A program made the translations under genes and the position numbers. A DNA stretch of 64,000 bases from Alphaproteobacteria bacterium (lineage in GTDB: Bacteria > Pseudomonadota > Alphaproteobacteria > Rhizobiales > Rhizobiaceae), in assembly GCA_036678505.1 (NCBI GenBank), contig JAZIHP010000005.1, positions 10,174 through 74,173 on the forward strand, given 5' to 3'. This document shows, piece by piece, positions 62,028-64,000 of the stretch (the first letter of the stretch is position 1; each line of letters starts with the position of its first letter). The notes beneath the pieces were generated by a model, which did not search any database, had not been told where the DNA came from, and saw nothing but the letters and a program-made list of their open reading frames with translations.

Positions 62028-63148
62028 ACCCGGCCCGGCCCGGCCTGAACGACACGCAAAGGCTCGCCTGGCTGCGCCTGATACGAACGCCCAATGTCGG
62101 GCCCGCATCTTTTCGCGATCTCATCAATCGATTCGGTTCGGCGCAGGCCGCGCTCGACATGCTGCCGGAACTCATGCAATCGGCCGGCTCAAGGCGCATC
62201 GTGCGGATACCCGATGAATCCGAAATCCTTCGGGAGATGGATCATGCCGCCCGTTTCGGCGCGCGCTTCGTGTGCATCGGCGATGCGGACTACCCGCCAC
62301 TGCTGAAACGTGCGGATCACCCGCCTCCCATATTGGCTGTAACCGGCAATGGAGAGGTTCTGGACCGCCCCGCGATCTCCGTTGTGGGCGCGCGAAACGC
62401 CTCTGTCGCGGGAACGCGGCTGGCGGCCGCTCTGTCGGCGAAAATCGGCCAGGCCGGCTATGCGATCGTGTCCGGGCTCGCACGCGGCATCGACACCGCG
62501 GCCCATCAGGGCAGCATCGATACCGGCACGATCGGCGTTCTGGCCGGAGGGCTCGACATGCCCTATCCGCCCGAAAATGCCGGGCTTTGCCGCGAAATCG
62601 TGGAGCGCGGCGGCGCCATCGTTTCCGAAATGCCATTCGGCTGGCAGCCGCGCGCGCAGGATTTTCCGCGCCGCAACAGGATCGTGGCCGGCATGGGGAT
62701 GGGCCTGCTTGTGGTGGAGGCCGCCAAACGCTCGGGCTCCCTCATCACCGCCCGGCTGGCCGGTGAAATGGGCAGGCTGGTCTTTGCCGTTCCAGGTTCC
62801 CCGCTCGATCCCCGCGCCGGCGGCACCAACGGGCTGCTCAAGGATGGCGCGATCCTCACCACCGGGCCGGATGACGTGCTTGAAGCAGTCGCGCCGCTCT
62901 ATGGCACACCGAAGATAACGCAGCTTCCGCTGGAGGAAGCGTCCGATCTGTCGGACGCCGCGCTGCCGCAGGAAGACGAACGGCGTCTCGTCATCGATGC
63001 GCTGGGGCCTGCCCCGGTGGAGGTCGATGACGTCATCCGTCATACCAGCCTCAAGCCTGCGCAGGTGCAGATGGTGCTGCTGGAACTCGACCTCATCGGC
63101 CGCATCGAACGCCACGCCGGCGGACGCGTATCGCTGATTTCCCACTAA
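62024..63148 (+). CDS. dprA: DNA-processing protein DprA
   Basis: VVGARNAS..G...A..L...L...[13 protein letters not shown] and FP.RNRI..G motifs. The GTG start overlaps the plsY stop (GTGA). Confidence 0.92.
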   Translation: MNPARPGLNDTQRLAWLRLIRTPNVGPASFRDLINRFGSAQAALDMLPELMQSAGSRRIVRIPDESEILREMDHAARFGARFVCIGDADYPPLLKRADHPPPILAVTGNGEVLDRPAISVVGARNASVAGTRLAAALSAKIGQAGYAIVSGLARGIDTAAHQGSIDTGTIGVLAGGLDMPYPPENAGLCREIVERGGAIVSEMPFGWQPRAQDFPRRNRIVAGMGMGLLVVEAAKRSGSLITARLAGEMGRLVFAVPGSPLDPRAGGTNGLLKDGAILTTGPDDVLEAVAPLYGTPKITQLPLEEASDLSDAALPQEDERRLVIDALGPAPVEVDDVIRHTSLKPAQVQMVLLELDLIGRIERHAGGRVSLISH

Positions 63149-63353
63149 ATCATGTCGCCCGAAAGCGGGAACCGGTTTCGGGACAACGACATGCGTGAAA
63201 ACAACAGCTTGAAGCGCAGGGAGCTGATCTGAAAGATCGCGGCACACTTCAGAGCCGTTCAAGGTTTCACGAAATCGCCGAACGGCTCCTGGTCTTTGTT
63301 TCGTCGCGTTTGCAAACCGGAAAAGTGTTCCACTTTTCCTTGAAACGCTCTGG
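63147..63353 (+). repeat. Intergenic mosaic element, full two-module copy (B+A; copy e)
   Basis: AAATCATGTCGCCCGAAAGCGGGAACCGGTTTCGGGACAACGACATGCG...GATCTGAAAGATCGCGG (module B) is followed by ...AGCCGTTCAAGGTTTCACGAAATCGCCGAACGGCT...GTGTTCCACTTTTCCTTGAAACGC (module A). It has the same architecture as the reverse complement of copy c. Confidence 0.9.
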
Positions 63354-63369
63354 CGGAAAACATGAACGA

Positions 63370-63444
63370 TGGTGAGCCGGGAGGGGATCGAACCCTCGAC
63401 CACATGATTAAAAGTCACGTGCTCTACCGCTGAGCTACCGGCCC
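63370..63444 (-). tRNA. tRNA-Lys (anticodon UUU), CCA encoded
   Basis: The reverse complement GGGCCGGTAGCTCAGCGGTAGAGCACGTGACTTTTAATCATGTGGTCGAGGGTTCGATCCCCTCCCGGCTCACCA folds as a cloverleaf. It has a 7-bp acceptor stem, a GCTC/GAGC D-stem, a CGTGA/TCATG anticodon stem with loop CTTTTAA, and a GAGGG/CCCTC T-stem with TTCGATC. Confidence 0.95.
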
Positions 63445-63861
63445 ATCATTGCAATGCGGGGTGGTCTGGCAGGTTTTCGGAAACCCGACTTCAGGCGATG
63501 CCTTTCCGGCATCCCGCGCCCACCGCATTTTCCGCAGCGGTTCGCGCCCCGGAATTGGGCCGGAACATAGGGAGCGACACAGGACCGGTCAACCGTAAAA
63601 AGCGCATCCTGCCAGCCTTTCCAGCTTAACTTCGACATAAGATCGACAGGGGGGCAAAACGCCTGCCGAACACCGTCATCGAGCCGCGGCTTTGTTGCCG
63701 CCGGAACGATTTCGCCACTGGAGCATTTTGCACTAGGATGGAATCGTCCGGCGCCGCGCGAATGCGGCTAAAGAAAAGAAGCCGTAGCAGCGAAAGGCAC
63801 GTTCATCGGAACGCCCGCTGCCAGGCTGCGAAGTGACGCTTTCGAAGTTCAGGAGAACATT

Positions 63862-64000
63862 ATGAAACGCATCGTTGCAGGTCTGCTTGCATCGGCCGTC
63901 TCGCTGTCGTTTCTGGCGGCAGATATTTCGGCCGCCAACGCAGCGCCAATTTACGTGACGCCTGCGCAAATTCCAGCGGGCGATGTTCAGCAGATCGATC
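63862..64000 (+). CDS. Exported hypothetical protein, N-terminal part (runs off the right edge)
   Basis: The ATG is preceded by CAGGAGAACATT. MKRIVAGLLASAVSLSFLAADISAANA|APIY looks like a Sec signal peptide with an AxA cleavage site. Confidence 0.55.
   Translation, partial: MKRIVAGLLASAVSLSFLAADISAANAAPIYVTPAQIPAGDVQQID

Noticed and set aside
63151-63231. Short peptide ORFs inside the repeat elements, such as MSPESGNRFRDNDMRENNSLKRRELI in copy e. Similar reading frames appear in the ORF-track products 43692..43883 and 62189..63418.
   Set aside because: The reading frames are not preserved between copies: indels of 6 nt and non-3n changes occur, and different modules are joined. There is no RBS. 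The conservation pattern follows the hairpin stems, not codons.
63354-63861. A genomic island or integrase next to tRNA-Lys.
   Set aside because: There is no integrase, no direct repeat of the tRNA 3' end, and no compositional shift. The flanking ORFs (63435..63638, 63733..63969) overlap the tRNA or are Arg-rich shadows.

Overview
This window looks like conserved chromosomal core from a high-GC alphaproteobacterium; gene content and order are typical of Rhizobiales/Hyphomicrobiales. I can support about 63 protein genes, one tRNA-Lys(UUU), one gene remnant, several rho-independent terminators, a double LexA box and five copies of a modular intergenic repeat. Left to right the genes are: hflX-hfq; a DapB-like/OmpA-like/GNAT/sseA/alaX/cysK block; an SDR; a DEAD-box helicase; pyrG; an L,D-transpeptidase; secG-tpiA; ppiD-trpD-trpC-moaC-moeA; lexA; comEC; gltX; gltA; the envelope/translation supercluster lpxB-lpxI-lpxA-fabZ-lpxD-bamA-rseP-cdsA-uppS-frr-pyrH-tsf-rpsB; DUF4031/eipB; ridA/GDPD/DUF482; an SMR pump; HIT; clpA-clpS; phasin; a SPOR-containing DD-carboxypeptidase; DUF1489; sdaA; DUF599/ydcF; gatA-gatC; an MBL hydrolase; ruvX; DUF6105; aidB; pyrB-pyrC'-plsY-dprA. 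I found no phage, integrase, transposase, CRISPR, toxin-antitoxin or defence-island signature, and no convincing novel multi-gene system. The observations worth a second look are smaller. (1) A two-module MITE/RIME-like mosaic element occurs five times; its termini supply the stop codons of secG and dprA, and one copy fills the SMR/HIT divergent promoter region. (2) A patch of about 600 bp with low GC and atypical codons lies inside the bamA barrel and carries the protein's only two cysteines. (3) A C-terminal stub of a class IV aminotransferase upstream of hfq marks a possible synteny breakpoint. (4) Two enzyme-family members have lost canonical catalytic residues: the pyrB-coupled PyrC' and a DapB-like protein. 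(5) There are candidate operators, an orphan ORF and two convergent CDS overlaps. Family calls rest on motif recognition by eye. Start codons are the least certain coordinates.
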